A stretch of 62,926 nucleotides of DNA, counting the filler, from Reticulomyxa filosa (taxonomy: Eukaryota; Protista; Foraminifera): assembly GCA_000512085.1 (NCBI GenBank). It is 7 parts of 7 records of this genome, joined end to end, with 100 filler letters (N's around TTAATTAATTAA, not from the genome) between each part and the next. Parts side by side here need not be neighbours in the genome. Positions count along the whole stretch, not along the records: positions 1 to 28,795 come from ASPP01002892.1; 6 more parts are not named here. One strand, given 5' to 3'. Shown here one piece after another: positions 1 to 13,900 of this stretch. Each line of letters begins with the position of its first letter. Position 1 is the stretch's first letter. The notes under the pieces were generated by a model. That model was not told where the DNA came from, ran no database searches, and worked only from the letters and a program-made list of their open reading frames with translations. Position numbers and translations under genes: made by a program.

Positions 1-1187
1 ACGTGTAAGGTGAAGAAAATCGTAAGAGATATTTACGAAAAGCAAACTATGTTGACTCAATAGATTGGGATTGCAATCAATAAAACGAAACTGCAATTTG
101 GTGTTATTGTGGAAATGTGAATGGAGATCATTCATAATAGCCACTGTATCATTCGCAAATTGATTAAACGTTTGAATCATTTCAAAATATCTGTTTTCTT
201 TCTGATTCCAGGTGATAAATCTACCATTGCCATCTTGTCTTTGCCAATACTCTCCTCTTGGAAGTATGGCAATAAAGTGGAAAATGATATCCCCAGGATA
301 AGAATATGTCATTGATACATTTGTGAATTGTGTATAAAATTGAATCAATAACAAATGAATTTCTTTTAATACCACATTCAATGGCTCTCCACTCCCAAAA
401 TCGTTTGTTCCAATCAACAGAAATATATTCAATTGATTTGCTAAAAGACTTTGAGATGTTGAACAGAATCTCACATTATCGACATACATATCAATCATTT
501 TTTGAAATGCATTTTGCTGAAACAATCTCCATCCTACTTCTTGAATTCTATCACCATCAAGAGCATATACAAATCCTTTTTGTTTTGCATTTGCTGCAGA
601 AAAATATGTTTCAAATAATGATTTGACAGCATCACCCTGCCAGGCTCGAGTGATGCTATCACCAATGAATATATTGATGGAACAAATTGTTTCGATTGAT
701 TTTGGATCAATCTCTAATTCTTTAGTTTGTGCTTCATGGCGATTGTACCAGTTTTTCCATGTAGTAGGGGATAATTCAATTCGAGGTGTTTTCCAATTTT
801 TATTGTTTATATCATATTGTACTGAACAATTCCATGGCACACAGCCAAATCGAGAACTGGATTTGTGTGATACAGTACTGTTAGATATTCCTATCAGGTA
901 CTTGCTAAAAAAATCATCCAGTTTTCTTATTTCAACTTCTTGTGTTACCACGATTGTTGAATCTTTTGCAGTCCTATCTGTTGTTCCTTTATTGTTCTTC
1001 ACATTCCTCCTTTATTCATTTTCATTATATTATTACAACAAAGCAAACGTTAACGCTGTTGAAAGAACAGTACAGCACAGGAGCAATGTGTTTACCTCAG
1101 CGATAGTTCAGAATTAATGGTAAAAATGATCATTAGGATTGCTATAAGATACGCAACACCTCTTTGGGTGCAATATTTGTTTATCAT
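1..1187 (-). CDS. SGNH/GDSL hydrolase, PAF-acetylhydrolase Ib-like, with N-terminal signal anchor; 3' end runs off the window
   Basis: Manual translation of the minus strand (absent from the ORF track because there is no stop in the window). It shows block I IFIGDSITRAW, block II ALDGDRIQEVGWRL, block III LLIGTND, then IAILPRG and catalytic DFLHL. Exon 1 (about 1096-1187, MINKYCTQRGVAYLIAILMIIFTI) joins through a phase-consistent GT-AG intron ending at about 1010. Confidence 0.85.
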
Positions 1188-1500
1188 TTTTTTATAATTT
1201 TCAAAAAAAAAATATTCATAGGGGAAAAACAAGCGAAACTTCTGCTCTACTTTTTGCCATCGATCTGGAATTTAATCCTCTTCTTTACTACAACAAATAA
1301 ACCAAGTCCAAAAATGAAAACACGAGGTTTTCTTCTTACTAATGATGATGCAAAACATTCAAGCCTAGAGAGTGAGTAATAAGAGAAAAATTTCATTTGA
1401 ATATTAAAAGAATATTATTATACAAGCAATCTAACAAAGTGAAGCCCAAAGAGCACACATAACTCAAAAGACAACATGAAGAAGGTATAAAGAATTTACT

Positions 1501-3244
1501 TTACAATTTGGCTTGTGTAGTAGCCAATTCCAACATAATTTCTTCCGAACCCGCAGCAATAGCTCCAGCTCGTATCATACGATAAAACTCTTCCACAACA
1601 GCACCACGTCCGCCTTTAACAAAACTTCTTCCACCAAAAATTTGAGAAGATTCAATGGCAATATATTGAGCCGTGCGAGAGGCATGGACCTTGAACAAAG
1701 CAATATTTCGAGCAATAGATTTGTCGTGGCGTCCAAACTTATCATATTTCAATTGATAAGCCACTTTTTCCATTAAAGCATAAACCGAAGCACATTGCCG
1801 AGCCATTTCTGCCAATTTATGACGAATTACCTGGTCGTTGTTATATTGTTGTTACTTGTTATATATACATATGTATAAATATTTTATTGACTGACTCCGA
1901 ATGGGATCATTTCAAAACTTTGAACTTTGCAAGAGAGGGAAAAAATAAATAAATAAATAAACAAATAATTAGACTTGGTGTTTGATCAAAGGCTTTCCAA
2001 ATGTGTGCCTTTCCTTGGCCCATTTAACACATTCTTCAATGGCCAAACGACAAGAAGAGACCATGTCGGCAGCGACAACAAACCGTTCGAAATTGAAGTT
2101 GTACATCAACGGTTTGAACCCCATATTTTCCTCGCCGATGATATTCGTTACTGGCACTCGGACATTGTGAAACGTCACCACTGCAGTGTCATTCAAATTC
2201 GCTCCTTGCAGTTTTATCTTCGATGTGAACAATCCAGTCGTTCGTGGCACCAATATCAACGATACACCTTGTCTTGATTTGTCTCCTTTGCATTTTTTTT
2301 ATTTTTATTTTTAAAAAGTATGTATTATATGTTAATTATTTCTTTGTTGTTAAATTTCAAACAACGACTAGAAATTTCTCAAAAGACCTGTTCTTGCCAA
2401 TGTTACAAAGTAATCCGCTCGCACTCCACCCTGATTTTTTTAATGCTTGCTTTTCAATGTATCGATCACCGGACAAACAACACAAAAATATAGCTACAAA
2501 ACAGTGATCCAATATTTCGAACCATTGATAATATAATCGTCACCTTCGCGTTTTGCGGTGGTTTGAATGTTTGCAACATCGCTTCCTCCTTTTTTTTTAT
2601 ATTATCGTTAGTATTATTATTGGATATTGCCATTGGGTTGTCTGTTTTGAGACGAACGAAAGCTTAGACGAGAACAGATGCTCGGACTGTTCCTTACCGC
2701 TCATCTCAGAAACAGCCAGAGAAATCATCTTCTCTCCCTTTCGCACTTCTTCGAACACTTGCTTGTGGATTGCATGATTTCCGAAATGCTTTACAACGGG
2801 TAAACAAATATAATGTATCCATGCTCCTTTACACATACAAATTAAATATATATGTACATACATATGAATATGTGTATATGCGTATTGCAGTGACAATTTT
2901 GGAAAAGGGACACATTTGTCACCTGTTCCTCCTTGAGCAGCCATGGTTTCGTAGCTGAAGATAATTGTGTAAAAGGGATCCCATTCACTTGAACCCTCAA
3001 ATTCCCCATATCCAAAGGGAAAGAAATAAGCGGCTGGATATTTTGTTGCCAATGTACTCATCAACTCTCGTGGCAATTGCTTGTCTTCATTGGACTTGCT
3101 GTAGCCTTCCCAGTATTTGCTTATCACTTCTTTGAACACGTCACGAATGTAGGTTCGAAAACGATAATGTCTTTCTGTGTAATAAGGACTTAAATGTTTA
3201 TCAAAGTCCACCAATGTTTGAAATTCTTCTCTATCATTGCTCAT
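1501..3244 (-). CDS. Acyl-CoA dehydrogenase (multi-exon), C-terminal -AKL
   Basis: Motifs [37 protein letters not shown] and IAAGSEEIM across ORFs 2597-3244, 1969-2259 and 1501-1815; the protein ends TQAKL*. Confidence 0.92.
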
Positions 3245-3719
3245 GTTGCACAGTTATTTTATTGTTTTGGTAAAAAATTAAAAGCCGAATTTCAAAGCTG
3301 CGAGCCAGTACAAAAGCAAACACATTCTAGAACTTGTCATTTTGACTACAAACAACATAAAATCTTTTTATAATCGTAACAAGAAATTGGAAAGCTTTTT
3401 GAATAAAGCAGCAAATATCACATACTTAAATTGCATTACTATGAAGAAATTTCTAACCGGATGAACAGTGCAAAAAGTGATTTAAAATTGATAATCACTT
3501 TTGACAAAATGAATTACTGGTACAGTTTTTGTAATTGTTTAGGGGAGCAGAAAAAAAAAGGAAAACGTTGTTTACATGATGAACTTTCATTAAAAATTTG
3601 TGTCATATTATCTCTTTTGAACTTATTGAAAAAAAGCAATGCTTTTTTTACAATGTAAATAAAATCCCTTTTTGTTAGATACCAAATCAAAAAAACAAAA
3701 CAAAAAAAATGTACTGCGG

Positions 3720-6700
3720 TTACGAGTATCTTTTTAATTCCAAGTGCAAGCAGCCTGACGATTGAATGTCCTGATGTTTGTATACTCCAACTAATGCATC
3801 AGCATATTGGAAGAATTTGTCTTTCAAAGAAATAACAATGACAGACAGCTCCTGTTTGGAAGCTTTATCCCGGAGAAATCGGCTGAGCCTCTGTACATTG
3901 TCTTTGTCCAACGCAGCATCCACTTCATCTAAAACAAAAAATGGGGCCTGATTGAACGAATGCATGGCAAACAGCAAAGCCAAACTGGCCATTGATTTTT
4001 CGCCACCACTGAGCTGGTCCATATTTCGAAAAGGTTTTCCAGGGGGTTGAGCAGTGTAATACAGTTCTTGAGCGAATGGCATAGCCACAGCAGATAATTT
4101 GAGATTGGCATGACCATGGACATCCGATTTGAACTTTTTTAAGTCGGGATCAAAAGCGGGTGTCAAATTTCCGTAAATAGCACCAATGACAGATCGAACA
4201 TGATTGTAACTTTTCATGAAGGCGTCAGTTCTATCTTTTTTGACCTTTTCGTAAGCATCCGTGGCTTTCAGCAATCGTTCGCGCAGCTTTTCTCTTTCAT
4301 TTTTGAACTCATTGTACGTTTTTGCCAATGACTCGTACTGATCATCGGCCTTAAAGTTTGGATACATGTCTTTCAGCTCTTTGTCTAACTTGTCGATTTT
4401 GTCCTTGAAGTCCTTAATGGCTCGATTTTGCTCCGCGCTGTCTTCAAAGCGAGCCTTTGGATTGGCTTCCATCGCACTAAAGTCGATGTCGTTCAGATTC
4501 AATTGACTGCCACTGATGTTCTCTCTCTTTTCCTCTTGTGGCTCCGGCGACGACTCATATTGATCACTGCTCGAGCCGTCCTCCTTTCTTCGACGTTTCC
4601 GGCGATGTCCAGCCTCTTTTTCCTCTTTGTCTTTCGCCATTTTTCTTTTGCGTTTTTTCCCAATTTTTGGTTCTTCCTTTTTCTTTTCTTCTTCTTCCTC
4701 TTCCTTTTCTTCTTCTTCTTCTTCCTTTTCTTCTTTCTCATCCGCTCTTTTTCTCTTTGCCCTCTTTCGTTTGCGTTTGGTTTCTTCTCGTAAGTCCACG
4801 GCGTCCAACTGGGCCTCTCGCAAGTGATTGTGGACAGAGAGCTCCATCTTCTCAATCAGAGACTCCCACGAACTGATTTCCGTTTGCGCTTTTTTCATCG
4901 CCTCTCTTTCTTGGTCGCTTTGCTTTTTCAGATTCGCCATTTCTTGTCGTTGCTCTTTTAACTCTTCCATCAGCTCATTCTGCTGCTTTTCGAGCTGGTG
5001 GTATTCCTTCTCTTCGCTTTTGTGTGTGCTTGTCGCGCCGCTTTGTCCTTTCATCAGCTATTGTAAACATACGTTCATTGTACTTATACACAAAACTCAT
5101 TATATATATATGTATATATCCATGTATATGCATATTTAAATATCTTTTTTGAACAATAAACTGTTTTCAATTGTGATTCCAAGTCTTTGATTTTCTTTTT
5201 GGTAGCATTGAGTTGTTCGTCCACATTTCTTGAATTTGCAAATTCCAACTTGTTTTTAATTTCTTGGATATTGCCTTGCAACGCTTGCTTTTGCTCATCT
5301 CTTTTTTGAATGCGTTCCAGCTTTTGTTCTTCAAACTCTTGCACTGACGAAAAGTTGACCTCTTTCAAAAACTTGGCAAAAATTTTGTTTTCTTTTTCGC
5401 GGATTTCAAATTCACAGTTTTGCAAAGCTTCTCTGGCGTCGTTCACCATTTTCTGTCGCTTGTTTATTTCCGGTGACAACTTTGTCATTTCCTTATTGAC
5501 ATTGCTCAAGCCTTCTTGCTGTTGCTTCAACAACTCATTCAAGGCTTGGATACGATTGTTCTTATCGGCCAAGTTCCTCTCCACGTCTTGAATTAAGGAT
5601 TGAATGTCCTCTTCGCTTTTGTCCGTGTCGAATCGATCGTTTATGTCTCGCAACTGTTGCAGCAAGTCGTCTCGTTTCGTCTCGATTCGTTTCAACGCAT
5701 TTTCGTCCCATCGATTGGCGCGATCTTGCGTGTTGCCGTGATTCGACCCTCCCGTGATGTTGCCATTCGGCGATATCATACTGCCATCTTCACACACAAT
5801 ACGGATCTTTTGACCCCGAGACCCGTACGCGATGCGTCTGGCCTCTTCCAAGTCTCTCACGATAATGGTCGTCCCTAACGCGTACAACACTGCTGGCTCG
5901 AACTGCTCTGGATATTTAATCACATCCACGGCCTGCAAGCAAAAACAAGACATTATGCATTTCAAAATGGTACACTGCAATTACAGTTCGCCAAAAAAAA
6001 AAAATAATAATAAAATACTAAACTGGAACAGCGGTGCCACCCAATCTTCGCAATCCTTGGTCGATTGGTTCGACACGTACGTGATTCAAAGGAATAAATG
6101 TCATTCGGCCACGCTTGCATTGCTTCAAGTATTCGATGCATTGCATACACGTGTCTTTAGAATCGACCACGACCGCGTCGTAATTCACTCCCAAGGCAAT
6201 ACTGATTGCAATGTTGTATTTCCTGGACGTTGGAGGAGCCAAATCGGCAAGACAGCCATAAACCCCACTGAACATTTGTTGCATGTTGCTCAACAACTCC
6301 CGTTGATCCCTTTTCTTTCGATTATCACTGTTGATTTTTTTTTTTTTTTGGATCGATTATTCTTTCAACTTTTGTGTGAATTTTTTTTAAAATCCAAAGA
6401 GAATCAAAATACAAACCGAATGGTGATGTCACTCTGTTCAAATTGTCTCAAGACACTTTCCAGCTCTTCGTTTACTTTGTTTCTTTGCTCACTACACAGC
6501 GCAAGTTAAACACATAATTTTTTTTTGACAAGTCCGGTCTTATACAACGTGTGAGAACAAAAACAATGAAAGATCCAACTTACGTTAGTGCAGAGAATTT
6601 TGTGTGATATTCAGCTAATTCCTTTCTTAAATTTTCACGTTCTCCATTCAATTCTTTCGTTTCTGCTCCCAATTCGGAGATTTCATACTTTTTTTTTTCG

Positions 6701-9040
6701 TTTTACAATTTGTTTAAGAGAACACATTACAATCTTATTACATTTTTTCAACCAATCAAAAAACACACAACATCACATGAAAAATTATTTAACTTGAAAT
6801 TGAGCAGCTTCTGTTTGAAAAGATTTTTGTCGTTCTTTGTATGCATCCATTTCCGTTTCAAGAGATTTCAATTGATTCTTTCATCAAAAAAAAAATGGAA
6901 TAGAAAAACATCAGAGGAAAAAATATAATTTTTTTCTAAACTTTTACGGCCACAAACTGGCGCTCCAATTTGTCTTTGGTTTCATTTTTTTCTGCTGTCT
7001 CTCGATATGCCTCTTCTTTGCATTTTCTGTATTGCTGATACTGAGCTTCTGCTAATTCAACTTGAGGTTCGTCTTCTCTTGTTTTCTTTTCAAACTCTTT
7101 CATTTCTCTCTCTGCTCCCTAAAAAAGAAGAATAAGCTTTCCTTAACAAACGCTTCACCTTGTTTTGGACATGTGTATTTTATTGGTTTTGAAAAGTACG
7201 AACCTGCAATTCGGCCTCCAAACTTTTCGCTTCGTTTGCACTTTCATCGTTTTGATGAGTTAATTTTGTTATATCTTTGTTTTCTTTTTGTATTTGTTTC
7301 TCCAATTCTGATTTTTTCATTTGGATGTTTTCCAAGTCCAAAGCCGCTTTGCTCAGTTTTTCTTTTTGCTTTTTTAATGTCTTTTCCATTTTTTTGGCGT
7401 TTCTTTTTTTTTTTATAAAAAATTAAGTGTTAAAAAAAACACAAAGATATTTATTTTATCGGATTTTTAAAATGTCGTGTTATTTTTTTAAAAAAATTTA
7501 AGATATGTACGCGTGTATATGTTTAAAAAAAAAAAGCGAAACGTTTGTGCTTTGCTCAAATCGGCTTGTTTGGATAAAATGACTTCGTCGTTTTCTTCCA
7601 GTCTTTTCTTAATTGTTTCCACTTCCTGCAAATGAACAAGTAAGATAAAATCTAACTGGTCTGAAAAATTTAAAAATTCTCTCTTTTCAGTTTGCCGATA
7701 TGATAAAACTAAACTTGATTCTTGGTTTCAATTCCCTCTGTGGCAATTGCCAAATCCTCGCGTAAATTGTACAATTGAAACATATAATATTCTCTTTGTG
7801 TTTCTCTTAATTCTTGCATCTTTTCAGTAAATGCTCTCGCTTCCTCCTTTTGTCTTCTCATATTTGATTTCTCTTTTGTTAAGTTTTTCCTTTTTCAACA
7901 AACAAATCCATATCTTTTTGGACCTATACAAAAAATTGGGTGAGTAGTGATTTGATTGGTTTGAACATCTCTCAATCAGCAAACAAACAAAAAACAGAAA
8001 CACAAAAGTACCTCTTCTTTTTCTTTGAATTTTTGATCATACTCTTCCTTGTATTGAATGGACCCCGACACTCGCTCCATCTATTTGTAATTTGATTAGT
8101 GGCAAAAAAAAAAGCAACATCAATACCTCAAACACAAGGCACATTCCAAAAGAAGAAAACATTTTGGGTATTACATACCCATTCGACTAGCTGTTTGCCA
8201 TTTTTTTGCGCAATTAATTCCACATCTCCCTGATAAACTAAAAAATTGGGTGACTTGACATCAACCCCAATTAGTTTCAACTTCGGTCATGTCATATTAC
8301 ACATACAAACACACAAGTCATTTGAAATGACCTGCGCCGACCAACAAAAAAAAAAACAAGTTTGATTGGCTGAACTTGATCTTTGTACTCTTGAGATTTC
8401 ACTCGCACGCCATTGACAAAATGAGTGATTGGTGAGGATTGTGTTCTTCGGATAGTCCGCTTAAATGAATATTCAGTGCCGCTTTCATACTCAGTATATA
8501 CCAATTCCACCGATGCACTAGATCCAACAAAATAAAAATGAAAAATAATAAATAATTCAAAAAAACAAAACAAAAATGTTTTGTGGTCTCTTTTAACGAT
8601 GTTGGGTCGCCGTTTTCATCATTTGGCGGTGATTTGTGAATGAGATCTTCCACTTTTTTCCCTCTCAGATCGTGTGCTTGTTGTCCGAAAACAAATGATA
8701 TCGCGTCCATTATATTTGATTTCCCGCTGCCATTTGGTCCGATGATACATGAAAAGTTATCAAAAGGTCCTAGCACAGATGTTCCTCCCCAGGACTTAAA
8801 ATTTTCTATTATTAATCGGGTTATTCTTCCTTTCGCTTTTTGAAAAGGGGATATTGGTTTGATTCTTCGCACATGTCCGGAACTTTTTCCACCGGACATG
8901 TTTACATCACCGTCATCACTTACCACCGACGGAGCCCGGCTTGACTCTCTTTCGACATGAGAATGAGAGGGTGACAAGGTACCTGCGCGGGCATTATGTA
9001 ATCGTCTATCACTTGAACTACTTATCTGAAAACTTGACAT
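3720..9040 (-). CDS. SMC1: Structural maintenance of chromosomes protein 1 (cohesin subunit), multi-exon
   Basis: N-terminal ENFKSW and Walker A IIGPNGSGKSNIMDAISFV; hinge GVYGCLADL...GRMTFIPL and DGSMISPNGNITGG; C-terminal QPPGKPFRNMDQLSGGEKS, Walker B PFFVLDEVDAALD, and VIVISLK...ADALVGV typical of SMC1. Confidence 0.95.
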
Positions 9041-10968
9041 TTCTGTAACAATTTTGATTAAAACATATCCAGAACAAAAAACCAAGGGCTTTTAGTTTAT
9101 TTTTTAAAGTCCTTGAAACTACTGAAAACACAGAAGACGTACCAAAGACGGGACTGAAACAAACAGGGAAGAGTGAAAATTCTGTTATGTGTACTACTTT
9201 TGAAGGGAAACAGTTGATTATAGTGTTTCTAGATGGATTGGCACTAAGCTCTCTATGCAAGATAATGTGATTTGTACACAAAAGCACTTAAACAAGTGTA
9301 AAAAAAGTGAGTATTTCACTGTGCAAAAAAAGTTATAAAATTACAGAAAATATTGATAATCACTTAATTTTATTCAATCTACAAAGAACATTTTGAACCT
9401 TACCACTGTATATATAGTATTAAGATTTTTTTAGATTTGCAAACTACTGTAAGGTAATAAATTTAAAATTTATTGAAAACAGATCATTTGACTGAAAAAT
9501 CGAAGGATCAATTTGATAACTTTTTAAAGTCTGTTGATATTCATCATTTTTTAGACAAAATTAGTGTAAAGTTGTTTGTTAAATTTTCAAATTTTAAAAT
9601 TTGCGAAAAATTTAAGTTAATTTTATTTTGTGAAGGACATTTGCAAATTCACACATTCCTTTATCTCACGACCCCGGTATTCGTTTTTTGAACAGTAGCT
9701 CCTTTTAGACAAAACTTTTCTTTAGTTAAATTTTTACTTTTAAATTTTAGCTTAATTGTTGCGTCAGCAGAAAACATTACTAGCATTACCGCTTAATGAT
9801 GCTATGAGATTTTGCTGCTTTCTTTAGGCAGTGATTCTGTCCCAAAAGACAAGCTTCTTCATGTAATAGAAATAAGAATATCAGTCATACCATTGAATTT
9901 GTTGTCATTAATGTCAAGTAGATTTTAATATCTGATTATATGTTAATTTGAAAAGTATAAGTAGAAATGTGTAAAAGATCATTGCGTATATCAATCTACT
10001 TATCATAGTTAGAAAAAAGAAAACTTTACAAACTAGTTGCAAAACATTAATGGCAACTGATTGTAAGAAAATAATATCAACTAGTTACAAAGTATTAACG
10101 TCGAAGTTGCAAAACATCAACACCAACCAGTTGCAAAAATTCAATCTACAAAACATCAATGCCAGCCTTTATCAAAGCATTGATGTCAACAAATCGCAAA
10201 ACACGAATACCAACAAGTTGCCATCATTATACGTGCAGACAGTGCTAAAATGACTTATTCAAAAGGAAAAGTTGACATTTTACTTAATCCACTTGAGAAA
10301 TTACTTAATTCCAGCAACAATATACGCAAAAGCAATGCAAAAATATTACATGATAAAGCAACAGACAATCAGTAACACGAAAGACGTTAAACATTCGGAA
10401 ATTTAAAGTTTAATCAAATAAGCTTTGATAAAAAATAAACGAACGGAAAAAGTTCTGTAAATAAATGTCGGATAGTACTGTTTAAAGTAACATATGGAAG
10501 AATTTTTTGGAATCTGAATGTTCAAGTATCATAGTTTCTAGAAATCAAATTGAACTTATCAAAGTGACTTAGTTTGCTAAGAATTTACCGAAAGTTCAAA
10601 GAATTGTACATTTAATTTTCAAATGAACTTTAAATCAAGATAAATTTACTAATATACTGGTTCACTATTAAATTTTTTAAAAACAGCTTTTTATTAAGTC
10701 GAAATTAATTACAAATAGTTTTTATTTTTTCCATTGCTTTTAATATTTACACTATTTTTTATCAATACAATATAATTAAGATATCTAGTTTTCTTTCTTC
10801 GATACAGCTGTTTAAAAACTTTAAAACGTTACATACAAAAATTGGCAGTTAAAGTAGTGATATAAATAGATCATGGATTATCGAAATAGAGACCACAATT
10901 CTTTTAAAGGCAAAGACGACTTTATGCCCCCTTTGTGGAATTGAAACATATATCCACCTAATATACAA

Positions 10969-13900
10969 ATGTGGCTGTTCATTGAAATTTTGTCCATAAT
11001 CTCACTTGCAACTTGTCATACTTGGGAACCTGTTCCACCCAATCCATTGACGATTCAGTTTCTACATTTTTTCAGTCTAAAAAAAACGAGGAACATGTAC
11101 AACGTGGGAATGCAAATTGCTTAATATAGAAATGTGCATATTGTATTTATGAATCATTTGGACGTTGGTTTTAGCGTTCCGGATGGATTGGGATTTGCTC
11201 ATGAGGTCGTGAACACATATTTTAACGGTATGAGATGTTCCATGAAGCCCATGTTTTTGTTTTCGTAATGTTATAAAAGTGAGCAAGCAAGCGTGATTTA
11301 AAAAAATAAACAAAAACAAAAAAAGTGTACTACCCACAAGCGATAGAAATGTATAAGCAGTCAGTAGAATTGAAAATCCCACCATATGTGTACACAACCC
11401 ATCCGTACTTGTTGTCCCTATATTTCAGCTGTCCACCGAATATGCAATTGGACTGTCCAAACGCAGGCAACGTGTCGGCAATGGAGAAAGCGATAAGCGA
11501 ATCAGGGAGCATCCGTTGGCACGCCTTTCCATTTAACAGTGAGTTGGAGTTATTCGATGAATCGATGTTGGCATTTGGAATCCAAGTGTCTCACGACCTA
11601 AGTACCCGATTCGGCGTTCCTCAGAGCAACGTCATATCACAAAGAGATGTTCCGGGAACAACGAGGAATATCATCCCGCACTTGTTACAAAACAATGTCA
11701 AAGCAATGACCATTGGATGCAACGGTGGAAGTGCACCTCCCGACGTTCCTAAGATATTCCGATGGCAAATGCCAAACGACAACAGTTCTGTTTATATCGT
11801 TTCACGTCATCATCGTAATAGATAATTACGCAAAATAGGCTTATATGTATATAATATTTATATGTTGTGGTGGAGACAGATAGCGAAATAATAATGATGT
11901 TACATCCTGGCGGCTATGGCGGTGTTGGATATAGCTCTTGCATTGTGTTGAATAACTTCACCGATGCTTTGTGCTTTGCAATTCGCGGAGACAACCAAGG
12001 CCCAGGAGACATTGAGTTTGTTTTGGAAATATACGCCGAAGTCAAACTTGAATTTCCAAATGCGAATGTATTTGCGTCTACGTATACTGCTTTTATCAAT
12101 CGCTTGTTGCAACAACCGTCGGTGGTGGCATCGTTGCCTCTGCTCACGGAAGAGATTGGAGACACTTGGATCCACGGCGCCCAAGGGGACTGCTACAAGC
12201 AAGCCGCATTTCGCAACATTCAAAGATTGCGTAACGAATGTCTAGTCAATGGCGGTTGCGATCTGAGCGATACCGCGTTGTACAATTTCAGTCGACTTTT
12301 GCTCAAAAGTGGAGAGCACACCTGGGGTATTATTTGTTTTTTTTTTTTTTTTTTTATGTATGTACGTATATACGTATACGTAATGTGTTGTTGATTCATT
12401 GACATATAACCTAATGTAAATTCTGTAACTGTAACAGGTGGAGATATTAAACATTTCTTGGCAAGTGGTGATCTCTCCGGTCCATATTACAACTGGTATT
12501 TTATACATGCACATACACACATAAATAAAAATATGCACGGAATATAACCATGACAAAAAAAAAAAAAAGTAGAGATGAAGAGCTTTTTTTTTTTATACAC
12601 CAACTCTTATTTAGCATATTAACAATATATTGAATGCAGGTCAAACCCTCAAGTTCATGCGTTACTCGCACAAAACAATACCAATATGTTCCTATTCCGT
12701 GCAACCTGGTGTGTCACTCGTTTTTGTTTATTTTTTTCCTCACACCTCCCACCCCTCCCTTTTTTGCTGTTCTTCAAATAAATAGAGAAATAAATAAACA
12801 TAAAAATACAACAAAGGTACGAACAAAGAAATTGGTCGATTGATATCCCCGTTCAAGCATTGAGCCTATCCACAAATGCCGCCAGTCAAAAGCTATACTC
12901 ACAAATCCAAGACGTATTGCAGCGCTTGCAAAATCCAATTATCCCAAATGTTAGCAACACGACAGAGTGGACATTAGTGACTTCGCCTGAAAATACAACG
13001 TTTTCAATCCGGGCCAGGGCGGATGGTAACATATACAATGTACAATTTGACGCAAAAACGGGAGGGATTAAATATTTGCAAAACACAAACACTGGGACAA
13101 ACTATGCATCTACCGACGACATATTGGGAGTATTTTTGTATCAAACCATGACCGAAACTGATTTCAACGAATTTGTTGCAGCTTATAGCTATCAACCCAC
13201 CGCTAGTTTTGTTGTACCTCTTTTTCTTTTCCAGTATGTGAGGCTCAAATTCCAAAGCATATGTTCAACGCTTTTTAATAGGCTGGGTACACTTTGATTT
13301 TGGAAAAGTGGATTTGGATGAAAGAGCAAATGTGACTCATTGGTATGGAAACGCAGAACTGGCAATGCTGTTTGTCAACAATGCTGAAAATACCTTTGTG
13401 AGTGTGCTGAATTTTGGTGAAAACAGCGAATGGCTGCGGACAAATTATGGCGCACCCATGGTAATTTATAATGTAATTAGTTTTGATAACGATAAAGCTC
13501 CCTTGACAATGGAATTCATATGGTCTAACAAAACGAGCAGTCGTATTCCCGAAGTTTTATATACATCTTGGAAAGTTAACAATTGTGATAACTGGGTAGT
13601 AAATAAACTTGGAAATCCTATCGATTTAAATCATATTGTCGCCAATGGCAGTTTTCATTTACACGGAACAACTGAAAATGTTACATGTGTAATGAATGGA
13701 AACAGTGGTCAAGTTAGCATCTACTCTGCCGACACGGCGTTGGTTACGTTCAAACCGACTGGAATGAGTGAATTCACTGGATTCCCAACGCCATTTGAGA
13801 AAGCTGATTTGACTCAAGGAATCGCTTTTCCTTTGTTTAATAACATATGGGGCACGGTATGTCACTTTCTTTAAATAAATATAAACAAAAAAGAAATGCA

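Noticed and set aside
121-1117. Plus-strand ORFs 121-315, 330-626 and 623-1117
   Set aside because: Antisense shadows of the SGNH hydrolase gene.
4428-4876. Phe/Leu/Ser-rich plus-strand ORFs resembling membrane proteins
   Set aside because: Reverse complement of the Lys/Glu-rich SMC1 insertion.
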